NCBI RefSeq assembly: GCF_964204645.1
Contig: NC_134027.1
Coordinates: forward strand, 15,780,485 to 15,844,484
DNA length: 64,000 nucleotides
Source of the DNA: Tubulanus polymorphus
Lineage: Eukaryota > Animalia > Nemertea
Direction: 5' to 3'
This document shows positions 37,197 to 52,043 of this stretch, piece after piece; positions within the stretch are counted from its first letter, which is position 1; every line of letters begins with the position of its first letter. The notes below the pieces were generated by a model that was not told the origin of the DNA, ran no database searches, and saw only the letters and a program-made list of their open reading frames with translations. A program made the position numbers and the translations under genes.

Positions 37197-39546
37197 AAAT
37201 ATAGCTGCAAAGCAGCGATAACGGGTTTTCTGCACATTCTTAGAATCCTATTCAACGGTGGAACCGAACGCGTCATCTTGGAATAAGTCGGTCTAACATG
37301 CCGTTCGAACAAAAAAACTTTATGTTCCGACAAGAAAATCTTGTTCGAATGAAAACAATTCTGTTTGATTAAACAATACGCTTTTTGTTTGAACCAAAAC
37401 TTTTCTCCATTCTGACAAAAAATGTGTTCGAATAAAAAGCTATTTTATTGTTGAAATGAAAAACTTTTTGTCCCGGCAAAAAAATTTGGTTGAGCGAAAA
37501 CAATTTTTTCGAACGAATGTTTGAATGAAAACAATTCTGTTCGATTGAATGAAATACTTAGAAAATTCTGTTCAAATTAAAACGATTCTGTTCGATCGAA
37601 CGATTGTTCGAACGATAAAGCTTTCGTGTGGACAAAAAAAAGTTTGTTCAACTTTGTTCTAACGATTTTTTCAAATTGGTTCAATCGAACAGAATATTAT
37701 TTGTTCGAACGAAATAAATTTTGTTCTGACGAAAGAATTTTCAAGCGAAAGGTCTTTTGAACGAAAAAGTTCAAGGGGCTGGGGCTCCGCAGTAACTTAA
37801 AGCCGGACGTAGGTCGGCCTTGTGACGCGATGCGATCCTCGCAAGTTTCGGTGCAAGTCGGTTGCGATACGATTGTCAGCGACTGTGTGCGAATAGTTTC
37901 TGCCAGTCCCAAGAGCGCGTCGGTTGGTTGTGACAGTCGTCTCGCCTCGCAGAAAGTAGAACACTCGCGTCCTTGTGACTGGCGTTGCTGAAAGCCGCAA
38001 CCCGTCGCAAGGGAGCGTAGGTCGATGAGTCGTTTGAGTCACTGGCGGTGGCAGTGATTGGCGTCGCAGTGAGTCACAAGCCGTTGCAAGGCTGACCTAC
38101 GCCCTGCCTAAGTCATTAGGAATTAATGAAATACCAGTTTCATTTATGATGAAAAAACTCAAATGAAAGGTCTGGCTTATAAAGCTGTCTGCTCAGACGA
38201 AATTTTCAAAAAAATCTTCATTTTTGGCAATAAAATTGATAATTGTGATTGATCGTTGCAAGTCACAAACAGTTAATCACTAATCAACATGCATTTTAAT
38301 AAATCTGATTCCTCCTATACAGTGAACTTAGCTTTAACCTAGTAGAGGCTACTAGCCTATGTAGGCTTATGTATATGCGTAGGCCTAACGATCCGGACAG
38401 ATTGGTCGTAGGCCTATTGAATAACAACCCACCTAAATATCGTAAATTTTGTTTTGAAGTTCAATCCAATGAGTCCGTTAATAAATGCAACAATTATACT
38501 GTGTTTGTTTGAGACAGTAAAGCTCAGTACCGGTAGGCCTAAAGCCGCGTAAAACTCTAAAACACTTCAAGCGACACAGCGAACGACCTCCTTTCCCCCA
38601 CAGCGAACGCTTACTCCGAATGTCAAGTGTGAGTCCAGCATACGGAAAGGAGTGTGTTATATACTTGTATTTAGTAAATACCTTGTGCATTTGACAATGA
38701 TCGGTATGTACTGTAGGAAATATAGAGTATTGATGGTATTGATATAGAGGTTGAAGCCCGCGGCCGAATAAAGTAATATATTCTTTTATTTTGATACCGA
38801 AATCGACATAACAGCTTTTCTCCGCTATATCTCTTCGGCGTGTTTTGTTTAGGCCTACGACTCCCCGGTACACTTATGATTTATCTTAGTAAATACACGG
38901 TTAATTTGATAAAGAAAAATAGGTATTGCTAAACTAACAGCTTGACGCCCGCGGCCAAATCACTGGTAGTAATAAATTAATTTGTACTCGATTTGATTCT
39001 CATGATGAGGAGAAACTCGCAGCTGATCCTCGGAACGACGATGTAATGACACACGTCGATTCGTTGATGTTTACGGCTCGACAGTGCTTTTAAAATCTAA
39101 AATAGTAAATTTCCTGTCTATCGGTAATATGATTTGATGAGGAAAATGGGCTATTGTTAAAATTACTGTTTGAAGACCGCAGCTGAATGTGAAGTCTGCG
39201 GCAATATATTCGTTCATTTATACTTGAATTGATAATCCAAGTGACAATCGGCCTGCGGGTTGATTTCGGAATGACGACTCGAAAAACATGTCGCCCCATT
39301 GAATGGGGCTAAATTTTCGATGTTTACACCACGACAGTGCTTTTGTAACGATGATTCGTGAAAAAACACGCGATGTATTTGTAGATCTCAGTGAGCTGAA
39401 CGATATCATACGGATTGTATCGACAACAGCGGAAAGGTAACAAAGCCTTAGTTCTTTTAGTGAAAATAGTGTGACATAAAATAATAATAATAAGAAATAC
39501 GCGAATCTCAATAGGGTTTTCTGTGATGTAACAGAAAACCCTAATA
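37197..39546 (-). mobile_element. HINE family D copy 2 (intronic)
   Basis: Reverse-complement homolog of 3047-5225, including both ends and the nested MITE at 37801-38108 (TAA flanks); has ~500 bp extra (~38625-39140). Confidence 0.8.
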
Positions 39547-40703
39547 AAAAAAAAAATGACTCAATTTTGATCAGTGTGAACTTTTAATGATAACTGACTT
39601 TTAATGAGAATGAAATCTTCGAAAAATTGATTATGGGCCTTTTGTCTGAACAAATGTTCATAATTGTAATACATCCCTAGAATGATGTAAAACAACTAAA
39701 ACTATGAGTGACCCGATAAGATACGGTACAAACTTGTTGAGAGCCTGGGTTTCATCGGAGGTTTTTTCATTTTCATCATACGGACCCAATCAGGACAGAA
39801 GCTCCCAAGTTCTTCAAATTTGAGGCCTGTCAGTGACGAAACAAAGTTTATCGACTGACACGATTTTTAATAATTTCACGATAGGATTGCTTTAAGTAGT
39901 TTACATCTTCACTCAGACAAGTCGTTGTTACGCGCGACCTACACCATGGCGCGCGTACTCTATAACTGACACATACACGCAGTGAAAACGAGAGTATAAG
40001 GCTATATTGCCTACGCGACAAACTAATACAAATAATCAGGCTCCAAAACGGATCGCAAATGTGAACGTTAATAAAATGACTTCAATTAATGATGATAAAA
40101 CAAGTACTCCAGTCGTGTAAATATCAGACTAATCTCTAAAAATTCGATGCTATCAGTGAATCAGCCATGTGGCGAACACGGAAGTAAATTTCCGCATTTT
40201 GAAACCACATTTTCGTCAGATATCTTGATGCAACGTTACCTTATGCACGGGATATCAAAACTAGATGAATCATTGAACGCATCGCACATCATAAATCGTT
40301 ATATCATACGCCTTGGATATCAGTATTCGCGCTAGAAATGATGAATATCAACCTATTCAACCGTGCCACCATTTTTTTGTGTAATAAAGCACACCAGCTG
40401 ATCCAACTCGTTCAATGTTATGATGTCATGATGGAAGTCAAAACAAGGTCAACACAAATTTTATAGAACCAAGTTTTTGGGGGGTTACGTCTTTAAAAGA
40501 CTATAACTACCAAACCAAGCGTTGGATCTTGGCGATGTTAAGTTCTTCCGACAAAAATACCATTGAATTTTCACATGTGTTATTTTGGACAGTTAAAGAT
40601 GCTGCATTAAAAAATGTGCTCAAATAAATCAAATTTTTGAAACTTTTTGGTAAATTTCTCAAAAAATATGAAACCCACGGCTGTCAACTGTGCGCACCAT
40701 AAC

Positions 40704-41891
40704 AACTAGGGGTCCAGGGACACCATCCCCACTTGGGAAGTGGTTTCAGATATTCAACAATCTACCAATTTCAATATTCAACGCCCCATCCAATGACCTT
40801 GAAAAAATCTAATGACCTTGAAACTCACCACAATCATAGAACATGTCAGCAGTTACAATTTTGTAATTGATTGTGGTAACAAAATATGCCTAGTTACCAA
40901 TATGATATGGAAATACTAACTTATTCTACTATTCAATGCCCCCTGGTGATCATAGGCAAAGCCCAATGACCTTGAAACTCACCATAATTATAGTACATGT
41001 CATAAGCTACAACTTTCCAATTGATTATGGTAACAAAATATGCATAGGTCCGAATATAATATAGAAATACTAAGTTATTGCATTGTTCAATGCCCCCTGG
41101 TGGCCATATGCAAAAACCAATGACCTTGAAACTCACGACGATCATAGACCATGTCATGAGCTACAACTTTCCAATTGATTGGGTAACAAAATATGCATAG
41201 GTACGAATATAATATAGAAATACTATGTTATTGTATTGTTCAACGCCCCCTGGTGGCCATATACAAAAACCAATGACTTTGGTACTCACCAAGATCATAG
41301 ACCATGTCATGTCATTGTTGTTTTTCTTCATTCACAATCTTATACTTTGGATTTATGATGAATAAATTGAAATTGAGCTACAACTTTTCAATCGATTGTG
41401 GTAACAAAATTTGCTTAAGTATCAATATAATGTGGAAAAACTTTTTTCCACCTACGAATGAGTACTGATGCCGCTCCAAGATGGCCACCAATTGCGTCAT
41501 AAATGCCTGATCAAATATACCTGTCTCGGATATAAGAGATCCCTTTCCAAAGAATACCCATCACAAATTGCAATGAAAAATGGCAAACCATTAGGGAGCT
41601 ACAGGATCAAGGTAATTGATAAAAGCGTCTTCAAAAGTTCCCTCGAAAATGTGTAAAAAGTGCTGATTTTGGCGAACAACAATGGCTGCCAGTCGGCCAT
41701 CTTGAATCTGATAGGGCCAGTTTCTGGGCTGAAGATGTGTCTAGGGTAGGTACATGTATAAACCAAATATCAAGACATTACCTTGAAGCGTCTTCAAAAC
41801 TTCCCAAAATAACTGGATTCCGTCTACTTACGGACGGACGAAAAGTGAATGCAATAGCGCGCTGGGACTGAAGTCCCAAGTGGGCTGAAAA
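40704..41891 (-). mobile_element. HINE family C with internal ~154-bp tandem repeats
   Basis: Minus-strand 5' palindrome AGCCCACTTGGGACTT.AGTCCCAG, CGTC microsatellite, 3' CCAAGTGGG..CTAGTT. AATGAC(C/T)TTG recurs at 40811, 40965, 41119 and 41272. Confidence 0.75.
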
Positions 41892-43000
41892 ACCAATTGC
41901 AAAATATATCTTTGCTTAATCTGTTCAATTCCCCCTTCAGAGCTGAAATCACAGGCTAATGAAATTGCATTTGAGTGTGGTAAAAATAGCTTCGAGCGTA
42001 GTGTATTTAAGCATTCGAATGATTATCGCTCGGCCAGACCGTTGACATAGGCCAAAAATGTGAAAAAATGCCATTTTTGTCGAACAACAATGGCCACCAG
42101 TCGGCTATTTCGAATTTGATGATCAGGCCAATGAAGACGATGCATAGATGCGTCTTCAAAACTTCCCAAAATAACAGGATTCTGTCTACGGATGGAAATT
42201 GAACGCAATAGTCAGCTAAAAATATGCAGAACCGTTTAACCTTATCAGTACCAATTTCGGTCTGGCCTATAAGAGCTTTATTCATGACATAATCTCGGCC
42301 TTGTCAGTATCAGGTCTCTGTAATATCATCATTACAACTGAGTTATGATTTCATGATGTGAAGTCATGTGTACTCAAAGAATGATGAAGTCTAGTATTGT
42401 CGATAGCGAAGGTCAGATGTTGTTTTTTGTCTCTGGATTGATCGCTAGAATCAATGAGTAGCGATCACAGGCTCTTGATCTTAAACTATAAAATCTAGTC
42501 TGAGTTACATAACCATTAACCTAATAAGTGTAATCTATATATTTTCAATATTTTCTAAATTATTACGAATAATGCAGTAAGTTACTTTGATAAGTTGCCA
42601 AGTAAAATAAGTATATACAATGGAGATAGCGAAGTCTTAGTCATCTTCTGGTCATTGGTTAGTACATAATGAAGTTTCTTCAATAGTCCTCAGAGTAGGC
42701 ATATTCATGACCGCCAGACTTGATGAGGGAAATATGCCACGATGCCATGGATGAAAAATATAATGCAATAGCCCGCTTGGGCTTTACCAAAAGTGGCAAT
42801 AAATGTTGGCTGTAATGGGCCATCACAGTTCTAATTGAGCCAATTTTCAGGCAGCACCTGTGTCTCAGGAAGGTTCATGTATAAACCAAACATCGATCCC
42901 AAGATCCTTCATTATCATAAAGTGCACTTAAAAATGTATCGATTTATTACATTGAATGCATGGATTATGAAAAACTAGAATGTAAAATCATAGGCTGTGT

Positions 43001-44223
43001 CAGGGTTCATGTCTCAAGCTCAGGTGAAATTCAAGCCATTTCAAGCTAGATTTATACCATTTTCAAGCTATTTTCTAAGGCACATTGGAAGCAATTTTCG
43101 ATAGTCGCAGCTAATTTGCCTATTTTTAACAGGTTTGTATAAAAATGTTAAAAAAGAGGTAAAATTTTGATTCCAGTGGAACCTCCGAGTTGATACGATT
43201 CTGTTAGAGATGAAACCTGTTTATCACAATGATTTTCAGCATTTCCTAGCTTAAATATTCATATCAATCAAGATTTGGATATTAGGCCATCCCAAATCAA
43301 TTGTCTGTTTTGCCGTTACACCTACTAAAATTTTTGGGATAAGTCAGTAGGAAGGTAGAAACATTTTTTGCAAAATTTTGGGGCAAAAAAAAACAACAAA
43401 TTTATCATCAGCTCTTTTAGTGGAAACAATATCCCAAATCTGCGTTCAAAATGAAACAGTATTGAATATATGCACGCTATAACATTACCAGCTTTAATAT
43501 AGTCACTAAGAATGAATGGCAGCTTATTGGAACACTGCCAGTTTCCTGGAAAACTTCAATTATAGTCGAGGCATGTTTTCACACAATGCACACTTAACTT
43601 CAAACATACATAGCTCATACATGGGTAGTGGGTTGGCCATTTGTATCAAAAATAAAATTTATTTCAATGAATCCAAGAAAAAAGTTTCCACTCGGTACCT
43701 TTGAAGTCGGGTCGGTCGGGTGATGGCAAACAGACCATTATTTTTGGATGGCCTAATACGAAATTTGTAATGTTCAATGACTTTGACTAGGTCGCGGTGC
43801 CTTCAACATGGCTCTCACACCTGGTGTGGGATTTCAATGCCATTTTACATCAATGCTCGATAACATGCATGACTGAAATTTCCCCATATGTTCAAGTCTC
43901 CAGACACCGGAGAGTTTCACCACAAGTCGCAGTGCAAGCAAGTCTCGCGATTCAATACAATTCAATTAATTTCTTTATGGATGCCTAAAACATGATGCAC
44001 GCGTAGAAACGACTCATAAACATATTTTGTCTGCGATTTCATCGAAAAAAATTCGCAAAGAAGAAATGTGTGTTAATCAAGCATTTCATGCCATATCTTT
44101 TTATTTCAAGTCAAAAATAATCATTTCAAGCTTTCGATCTATTTTCAAGCTGTTTTCAAGCGCTTGAGTAGTATTTCTCAAATTCAAGCATTTCAAGCTT
44201 TTCAAGCACCGCGACGAACCCTG
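43001..44223. mobile_element. hAT-like MITE with 5-bp TSD
   Basis: CAGGGTTC...GAACCCTG, many subterminal TTCAAG repeats, TGTGT on both flanks. Confidence 0.7.
43285..43753. mobile_element. MITE with GGCCATCC TIRs nested in 43001-44223
   Basis: TA GGCCATCCCAAATCAATTGTCTGTTTTGCC ... GGCAAACAGACCATTATTTTTGGATGGCC TA. Confidence 0.7.
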
Positions 44224-47200
44224 TGTGTTGCACTAAAAACTAATTTAAGATGGCTGCCATATTCAATGGCCAAATTCGCTAGATCTTCAATAGGGGTAGA
44301 GATCTCTCTTACCCCGATCCTAACACAAAGATTCATCGAAACCTATCAAGAATTGTAGGCTGTATTGCGTCAACAAGAAATTGGCAGCCCTAGCGGGGTG
44401 GACATCTCACCTGCCCCAATCATCACACTGAGTTTTATGAAGATCTATAAAGATTTGAAAGCTGTATCGCTAACAAGAAACTGAAGATGGCTGCCCTGGC
44501 GGCCACATATATTAGCCGATGATGTCCATTTTCATTGGAGATGAACAGCTTGCATGTCTCTCTCCTGATTCCTATTTCAAGAATTATAAGCTGTATTTCG
44601 CTTACAACTTAAATTCAAAAGGGCTGCCCTGCAGCCATAGTTGCTGACCGATTACCTCCATTTTGAATAGGATTGCACATCTCACATGTCCGAACTCACC
44701 CAGTAAATATCATGAAAATCCACCAGGAATTCTGGACGAAATCGCGCTAACAAGAAATTCAAGATGGCTGCCCTATTTGATATTTGATAACCTCCAATTT
44801 CAGTAGGGATGGACATCTCACCTGCCCAAATCCTCAAACTAAGGTTAAGATAATAAATTGCCCATATGCAAAGTGCAAACTTTGAAAACTGCAAACTGGA
44901 CATAGTTTGAAGCATATTGCTTATGAAAAATCTTTTTAATTCTTGAGTTCAAAGTTCTATTTTATATTGATTTATCTTTTTCAAAGAATTATTTTGTAGT
45001 CAAATATGGGCAACAATATAAATCTATTCAGTGCTTCATCTAGCCAAAAATAGAGGGGCGGTCCGCCCCGCCCCCGAAAATAGCCGCCCTTGTGCCCTTC
45101 AGATGTGTCCCATGCTCGCCCTTGTGCCCTAATCACTTGCCGTAGGTCTGCCCTCCTGCCCTTGTCAGTCACGAGTAATGAGTCAGGGCTTTCAAAATAA
45201 GCCGTGGCATCTGACTGTTAGTAAGTATCCAGCGACGGCAATGAAATATCTCGTATGATATCAACGATTACATGTGATCAGTGGTTATATTTAAATGTAC
45301 TGCAGTCAGTGCACATCCTGTGAAAACGTGCCTCAGACGCGTGGCCTAGGTTAAGTTTCCAGGAAATTGGCTTACTTCCAAACTACTGCCAATCATTCTA
45401 GCGACTGCCGTTGTAAAGCTGGTAGTGTAAATTCGATGGATTGTTGCATTTTGAACACATCGTGATGCGCGCTCTGGATCTTTTTATCTAGACTATTAGA
45501 CAAATTTTATATATAAAGTGAAAAACTTTGTTCGGTGAACTCACAGAGAGACTCGCAGAGACAGTTAGTTTGAGTAGCCTAATAGCAATAATGTGTTCTT
45601 AAGCTGGCTACTTACCAATTATCAACAGTTACTTGCCAATCACTATCACTATCAATTTTAATCAATTAATTTGACATTTCTAAGATTAAAAATATGCAAC
45701 TTCATGTAGGCCTAAACTATTGCTGGCTCTTTTTCGCTGTATCATTTGCTTTTAGAGATTGCTTGTTTCTGCTATTTTTTTGTCTGCAACTGGTTTTCCA
45801 AATCATTTTGAATGCCCATTCTATCATATTATTGATAAACTTTTGTTCATTGACAGGCATAGGTGTAAGGATGTACTGTGGTCAAGTGTGTCACTCATCG
45901 CAAAATCAGAGTTAAACATAGTTTCTAGTCATCAATCATAGTTGGGGGTACCTCAATTCTATGCAATAGGGAACATTGCAGGTTGCCCCTAAAACACACG
46001 TGAGTACGTTATTATGTGCCCTTGCTCCAATGGAATCACGCACAAAAATGCCCTTATTTGAAATCAGCACCCTGCCTTTTAATGCTAGATGAAGCACTGC
46101 TATTTATGGTCCATGTCCAAAATGTGGTAGGGTACAGGGAGGTAGGGAAATTATTTTCTTTTTTGAAAAAAATATTTTCACATTATGAAACATATCTAAA
46201 TACAAGCAGCCTATCATCTGATACAGCTCTGCTTTTTTATGATAAGATTTTACAAGGACCTACGCAGCACTCTCAATACTTCAAATCCAGAAAACGGCTC
46301 TATAACTTATTAGCCCTAAGCCCAAAGTATCTACACACCAAGCTTTGTCAATATCATATAATGATCGTAGGACTAGTAGCAATTGAAAGATTTTACAAGT
46401 GTGGCCTGTACAGCGCCCCCAAGATGTCAGGAAAATGGCTCAATAACATTTTAGCCCGTGGCCCAAAATATTGACATACCAAATTAAAATTAAACATTGG
46501 TACTCTAAAGATTTAAGAACAAATGAAAAGGACTGATAACTTATGGATTGAATTCAAATGATGGGAGAAAATTGACTTGTTACAGACCGAAAATATCAGA
46601 ATATACAGAAAGAAAAAAATGTATTTTCTCAAATTATGAATGGAAACGGATACCTATCTTCATCATGAAGTTTTTGGCAGAATTTCAGAGAATACGTGCT
46701 CCAAGTAATCAAAAAAGCCTAAGATGTCCCTCTTGATTAAATAGTTTTCATGAAAATCTGTCTATTGATACGATCTCCATCACACACAACTGCATGATGA
46801 TTCATCGTGAATATACATGGTAGTGAGTTTTCCCCACTGACTCAAATAGACACTCTCCACGTTCATGGTGTAACGATATCATTTATTTCATACACTATGT
46901 ACGAAGTTTGTTAAAGTTAGACAATTTATTTTCGTAAATTGAACAATTTCCAAGATTCACTTCCCCCTTTCCCAATTTTACTGTCCTTCAATAGATTTCA
47001 CTGCTTTTCATGGCTGCCCGCGATGAACCCTTTGTTGAATCATTTGCAGTTTCCAAGAAAACTTTAACTACGCCACGCGCGAGGTGCACTTTTCATATAC
47101 ATGCACAAATCAATACACCACACTGCAGCGAGTCTGTGCCTAGCATGTGTATGAAGCATTAATATACGTAAAAGGGCATGTGTTCTTTCGAAACGAAATG

Positions 47201-49141
47201 TAGTTCCAACAACTAATAAATAACTAAATTAATAAATAAGCAACGGATTCCGATGAAATTCAATAGGGTAAGATATTTTAATACTGCATTGAATGTTTTG
47301 AAAGTTCCGAAGAGAAACTAAGCCTAGTTTTTTAGTTATTTGGTACCAAAGCAGGAAAGTTTCATATGTGATAACAAAATGGACTTGAAAGTCCATAATA
47401 ATTGTAGGACAAGTAGCGATTTAAAGATTTTACAAGTGTGATCTGTACAATGCCCCCTAAAGGTCAAATTGGGAAAACGGCTCTTTTTAGCCCTTGGCGT
47501 GTTGTATCTATAAACCAAGTTTCGTCAAGGTCGGAATTGTAGGAAAAGAAGTGATTACAAGATTTTACAAGCGCCACCCGTACTGTGCCCTCATGGGTTT
47601 CACGAAAGGGTTTAATTACGAAATTAAATAATTACATAATTAGGCAACTTAATTACTATTTAAGTGTATCAAAATGGCGGAACGTTAGACAGCCATTTGC
47701 TGTCCAAGCATCAACAACCTTCCATGTTTAGAGAAAAAGAGAAATTCACTCCTTTGGGAGTTAAAGTTTGCTCTGAAAGGTCTCAGGAACCAGTGGAACA
47801 ATTTAGCAAGATATCTCAAGTTTTTAAATAGAAACTCACCTCCAGTCAGCAAAATAAAATCCTCGTAAATGGGGTTTATTTCCGAGCAGTGATACTTTTT
47901 AACACTATAACTGCATAGATATGTACTCTACTGACAGAAATCTATCATATCTATGGACAAAATCAATTAATTTAATACTTGTAAGTATGTGGTGGTCGTG
48001 CTGATAAAAACATAGGATGTTTGAAAATAAATTAATAAAATTTAGAGTATCATTTTTACAAAAGGCAAAAATTCCAAATTATTCAGCCAAACAATTTGAA
48101 AAACTAGGAATAAGTGTGAAATGCCTTCGTCAATTAATAAACACCAAATTCCATGAATAATATCTGCAGCTTTTTGTTTTTAATAATAAACTAATGATGA
48201 TTGAATGGTTTAATAACACTCTTAGGGGAGAATTAAATTTTGTAATTAACTTGATTATAATTAAAGTTAATTACGTTTAGTGAAACACCTAACCTTGATT
48301 TAATCATGATAATTTAATCATGATTAGTGGTTTAATCATAATTAAGGGTTAATCATGCTTTGTGAAACCGGCCCCAATTGGTATTAAATGAAACACTACC
48401 TACAGCGAATATGTCAAATAATTATATTCTCACATGCAATGAACATTTGGAATTCACACATGTATGGTAACTGGTCCAATAAAGCGACTTTCCCATAATT
48501 ATGTTAGCAGCGCCAGAATTCCCAGAATTTTCCCGTATATCCCCAAAATAGCCAATCACATTCACTTGTACAGACGACGCTCCAATCAAGGTCAATGCAA
48601 TTTCATATGCAAAGGCTAGGAATTTTCCTGCCAAAACAGTTTTTTGAAGAATTCTAACGAATTAGACCATGTCATCGACAGAGGTTTTGCATGCCTTCAA
48701 TTGCTTTAATTATACGTCATTAAGGCTGAGATGCAATGAAACTGTACTGCGTTTTTCATAATTCACTCAATACCAACACCCTTATCGTTAACACAGCCAA
48801 ACCAAAAATTCATCAAGAATTGCAGCCTGTATCGCGCTAACAATGTGTCAGGGGACAACAGACACATCACACCAAACAGCGGATACCACACGGCAGACTT
48901 CAGACACAGAGTGAAATATCATGTCTACCAAACATACCGTACTATATTAATACAATCCAACGGAGCTTATTAAAAGTCTCCAAAATTAATTTAGTTCAGC
49001 CACCTCAGACATGAACGAACAGACAAAATATCACCACATACAGCTTTGGCAAACATCTGCAAAAAGTACTTATTTTGGTCAACAACAATAGTTGTATCTG
49101 GGGTAAATATTCAAATGCAAAAGCCAATGGGGCAAACATAC

Positions 49142-49221
49142 CAGTATCACTAGGTGAATTATCATCTTCATCATCAGATAGATTTTCAAGTGAATCAAGT
49201 ACATCTTCTTCTTTATCTTGA
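49142..49221 (-). CDS. SRGAP: SRGAP-family gene, 80-bp acidic linker exon
   Basis: Acceptor TATTTCAG, donor GTATGT; encodes QDKEEDVLDSLENLSDDEDDNSPSDT; phase 2 in and phase 1 out, which bridges the RhoGAP and SH3 exons exactly. Confidence 0.8.
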
Positions 49222-50606
49222 CTGAAATAAGCCATATCAAGTATAAATAAGAGCTGCAAAGTAGCAATAACAGGTTTTCTGCCTTGATGACTGTACAATG
49301 ACGTACACAAAGTTCCAATGAATTGAATATGAACGAATATGGTTTTTTTGTAGGAGCGTCATGTAGGGGTCAACATGTATTTATATATGGTTCAATATGG
49401 GCTACTGAGACAAAATAGCTTTGGGCAAAAGAGATGTGGGTATTTAACTATACAGTCCAATGGAGGCAGGTGTATGAACTTATCATGCCAATTGGCCAGT
49501 TACGTGTACATTTGATATCTTTGCGATTTGTATGAGTAAAGCTACTGAATAATACAAAACAGCGAGTGATGATACAAGTTTTAAAGGATTTTGCCCCTCG
49601 TGGTAAGCATAAGAACTAATTCTGGAAAGAATTTGTTGTATTTCAATATCAGGCACGTGTTTATCAATTTCTATAGGAATTCCTTCATCCCATCATCTTC
49701 GTGGATAGATGAAGATGACGCTAATGGGGACCCATCTGAGATACTCAATCAAATGATACATGTCTAAGTCAAGGGCCTGAAGCCAATTGCAACCATCATT
49801 CTACATGTTAATGAGCAGGTAGCAGACATCTCTGGGGTACCAGTCCCTATATTTGACATAGGACCTAAATCTGTGCATTGAATAAATTCACTCAATGGAG
49901 TTAAATTAACTTTAATTCATAGAATCATTGGTGCTTATATCAAGGTGAAATCTCAAAGATAAAATTCTTCCCAGCACCTTAATTTAAGCCTAAACAGTTT
50001 TTTTCTAAATTACTGATGTCCAACTTCTCTTAACCCTTTCAGTGCTGACTAATTAATACCCTAATGCTTGAAATAATTTGAATTTTTTTTTAGAAATTCC
50101 ACCCCAGTGTTTTGAATAATGGACATAAGGCTATAGTGCGTCTGTCTACACTGCGGTGCGTATCAGTAGTAACTAATATTCAACTGTGTTTGACCATCTA
50201 CCATCTTTAAAGAGATAAGAGCCCCAAGGGGCACTATGGCCAGCCTGTCATCCTTTCATAAAATGGCAAACGATGCATTCTGTGGGTTACATTTGTCAAA
50301 ATACACTCCAAGCTCGGAGTCAATACCAACACAACCGTGTTTTCAAAAGTAAAACATACAGGGAGTTGGCAGGGACAAATAACCAGATCAATCTTTATCC
50401 TTGGTCCTATGATTTTAATTCGGAATATATCAAATTTTCTGAAATTTGATCAATAGAACAAAATTGAATTTGATTTGATGTTTTATATGTTCAAAACAGT
50501 AAATTTGAATTGGATTTGATACTTTTCATTCAGAAAAAAATTTGATTAATTTGCAGTTTGAGCACATGGCTAAGTAGCATATGAAGGTTATCCATCCGAT
50601 TTAAGA

Positions 50607-51972
50607 AACAAGAGGCCCATGGGCCATATACCTTCATGTGGCAGTAGAAGAAGAATGATTCAGTATTCAAAGTTTATTCAAGTATTCAAAGTAGAAAGAT
50701 TTACATTGTAACGATGTAAAAAGTTTTAAAATAGTTTAGATGGCTATGTGGCGATAATGTTCATTTTCTGTTAATATATCCTTACATGAAAAGACAAGCC
50801 CATTTTACGTGCCCCAAAAAAGATCACACTACATGAAAAAATGCATCAAGAATTGGTGTAGGCATCGTGCTGAAAAGAAATCCAAGATGGATGGCAACCC
50901 TGGTGGCCATACTTGAACTCAATTTTCAATAAGGGGTAGGCATTTCACCTACCAAAATTCTTACACCTAGTATCATGAAAATGCATCAAAAATTGCAGGT
51001 CGGTTCGTACTAGAAATTCAAGATGGCTGACCTGGCGGCCATATTTGAAAACTGATGATCTCCATATATAAAAGGCATGGACAGCTTACCTACCCTGATC
51101 CTCACACCAAATTTTGTGGAAATCCATCAAGAATTGCGGGCTGCATCATGAAACAAGAAATTCAAGATGGCCACCCCAATGGCAGCCATATCAACAATGG
51201 TATTTTTACAATAGGGGTGGACACCTCGCCAGACCCAATCTTCAAGCTAAAATTCCAAAAGATTCATCACAAATTACAGGCAAATTACTGCGAATTACCG
51301 CAATCTAGCAATTTGATTGGGAAAATAGCAGCACTATAGTTGGAAAAAGTTGATAAACCACCTCCGACTGTCTAATCAATTAAAAGCCTTGCCTTCACAT
51401 GGAATTATTTCCGCCTTATCACAGGTGCGCTCTGCAGCTGATTGGGTCTGATTCGCCCATTCAACGATAAAAACTTTCCCACGTTCTTACTATCGGCATT
51501 TTCTAATAATTTAGGGAAATATTTTTAAAAAGGGAAATTTCACACTGCATTAATAACATCAAAGCATTTATTCGTCCGACAAATCTTCCTCTGAACTCCC
51601 ACCAACAAGTTATAAGTGGTGACACGAAAATGACATCATCGACTCACTACCATCTGTTATGTGCTTGTAATATATAATACTGTATAAATATTTGTTATTC
51701 ACACATTCAATATTGTATTGCTTGAATGGTTCTGGGCAGTATTGGTTGTTCCTATTTTCATGGTTATCCGAACATAACATTGATTTGCAATATAACCAGG
51801 AGGACCAGTACTGTCAGGAGTTCATTCTGCGACAACTTGTTGTACTGATAAGTACCTGGAAATATATTACGTGTATATATCGTGAAATGCCATGCGTTGT
51901 GTGTTTGTTGTCTTGCTGCTGGTTTCGTTTGGTTCTTTCTGACCATAACACCATCTTATAACCTCTTATAAC
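50607..51972 (-). mobile_element. HINE family B copy 2, nested in A copy 2
   Basis: AACAAGAGGCCCATGGGCC end; colinear with 26369-28115. Confidence 0.75.
51655..51950. mobile_element. Solo LTR, 296 bp
   Basis: TGTTATG...CATAACA with 5-bp TSD CCATC; the paralogous empty site ACTACCATCTTATAACC is present at ~28072-28088. Confidence 0.85.
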
Positions 51973-52043
51973 TGCACTTTGCAATGATATATTCGGTAGT
52001 GCAAACTAAATTATTCCTCCCAAAATCCAAATCAACTAAAGCA

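Noticed and set aside
46016-46474. 152-aa plus-strand ORF
   Set aside because: Spans repeat-derived sequence antisense in an SRGAP intron; no motifs.
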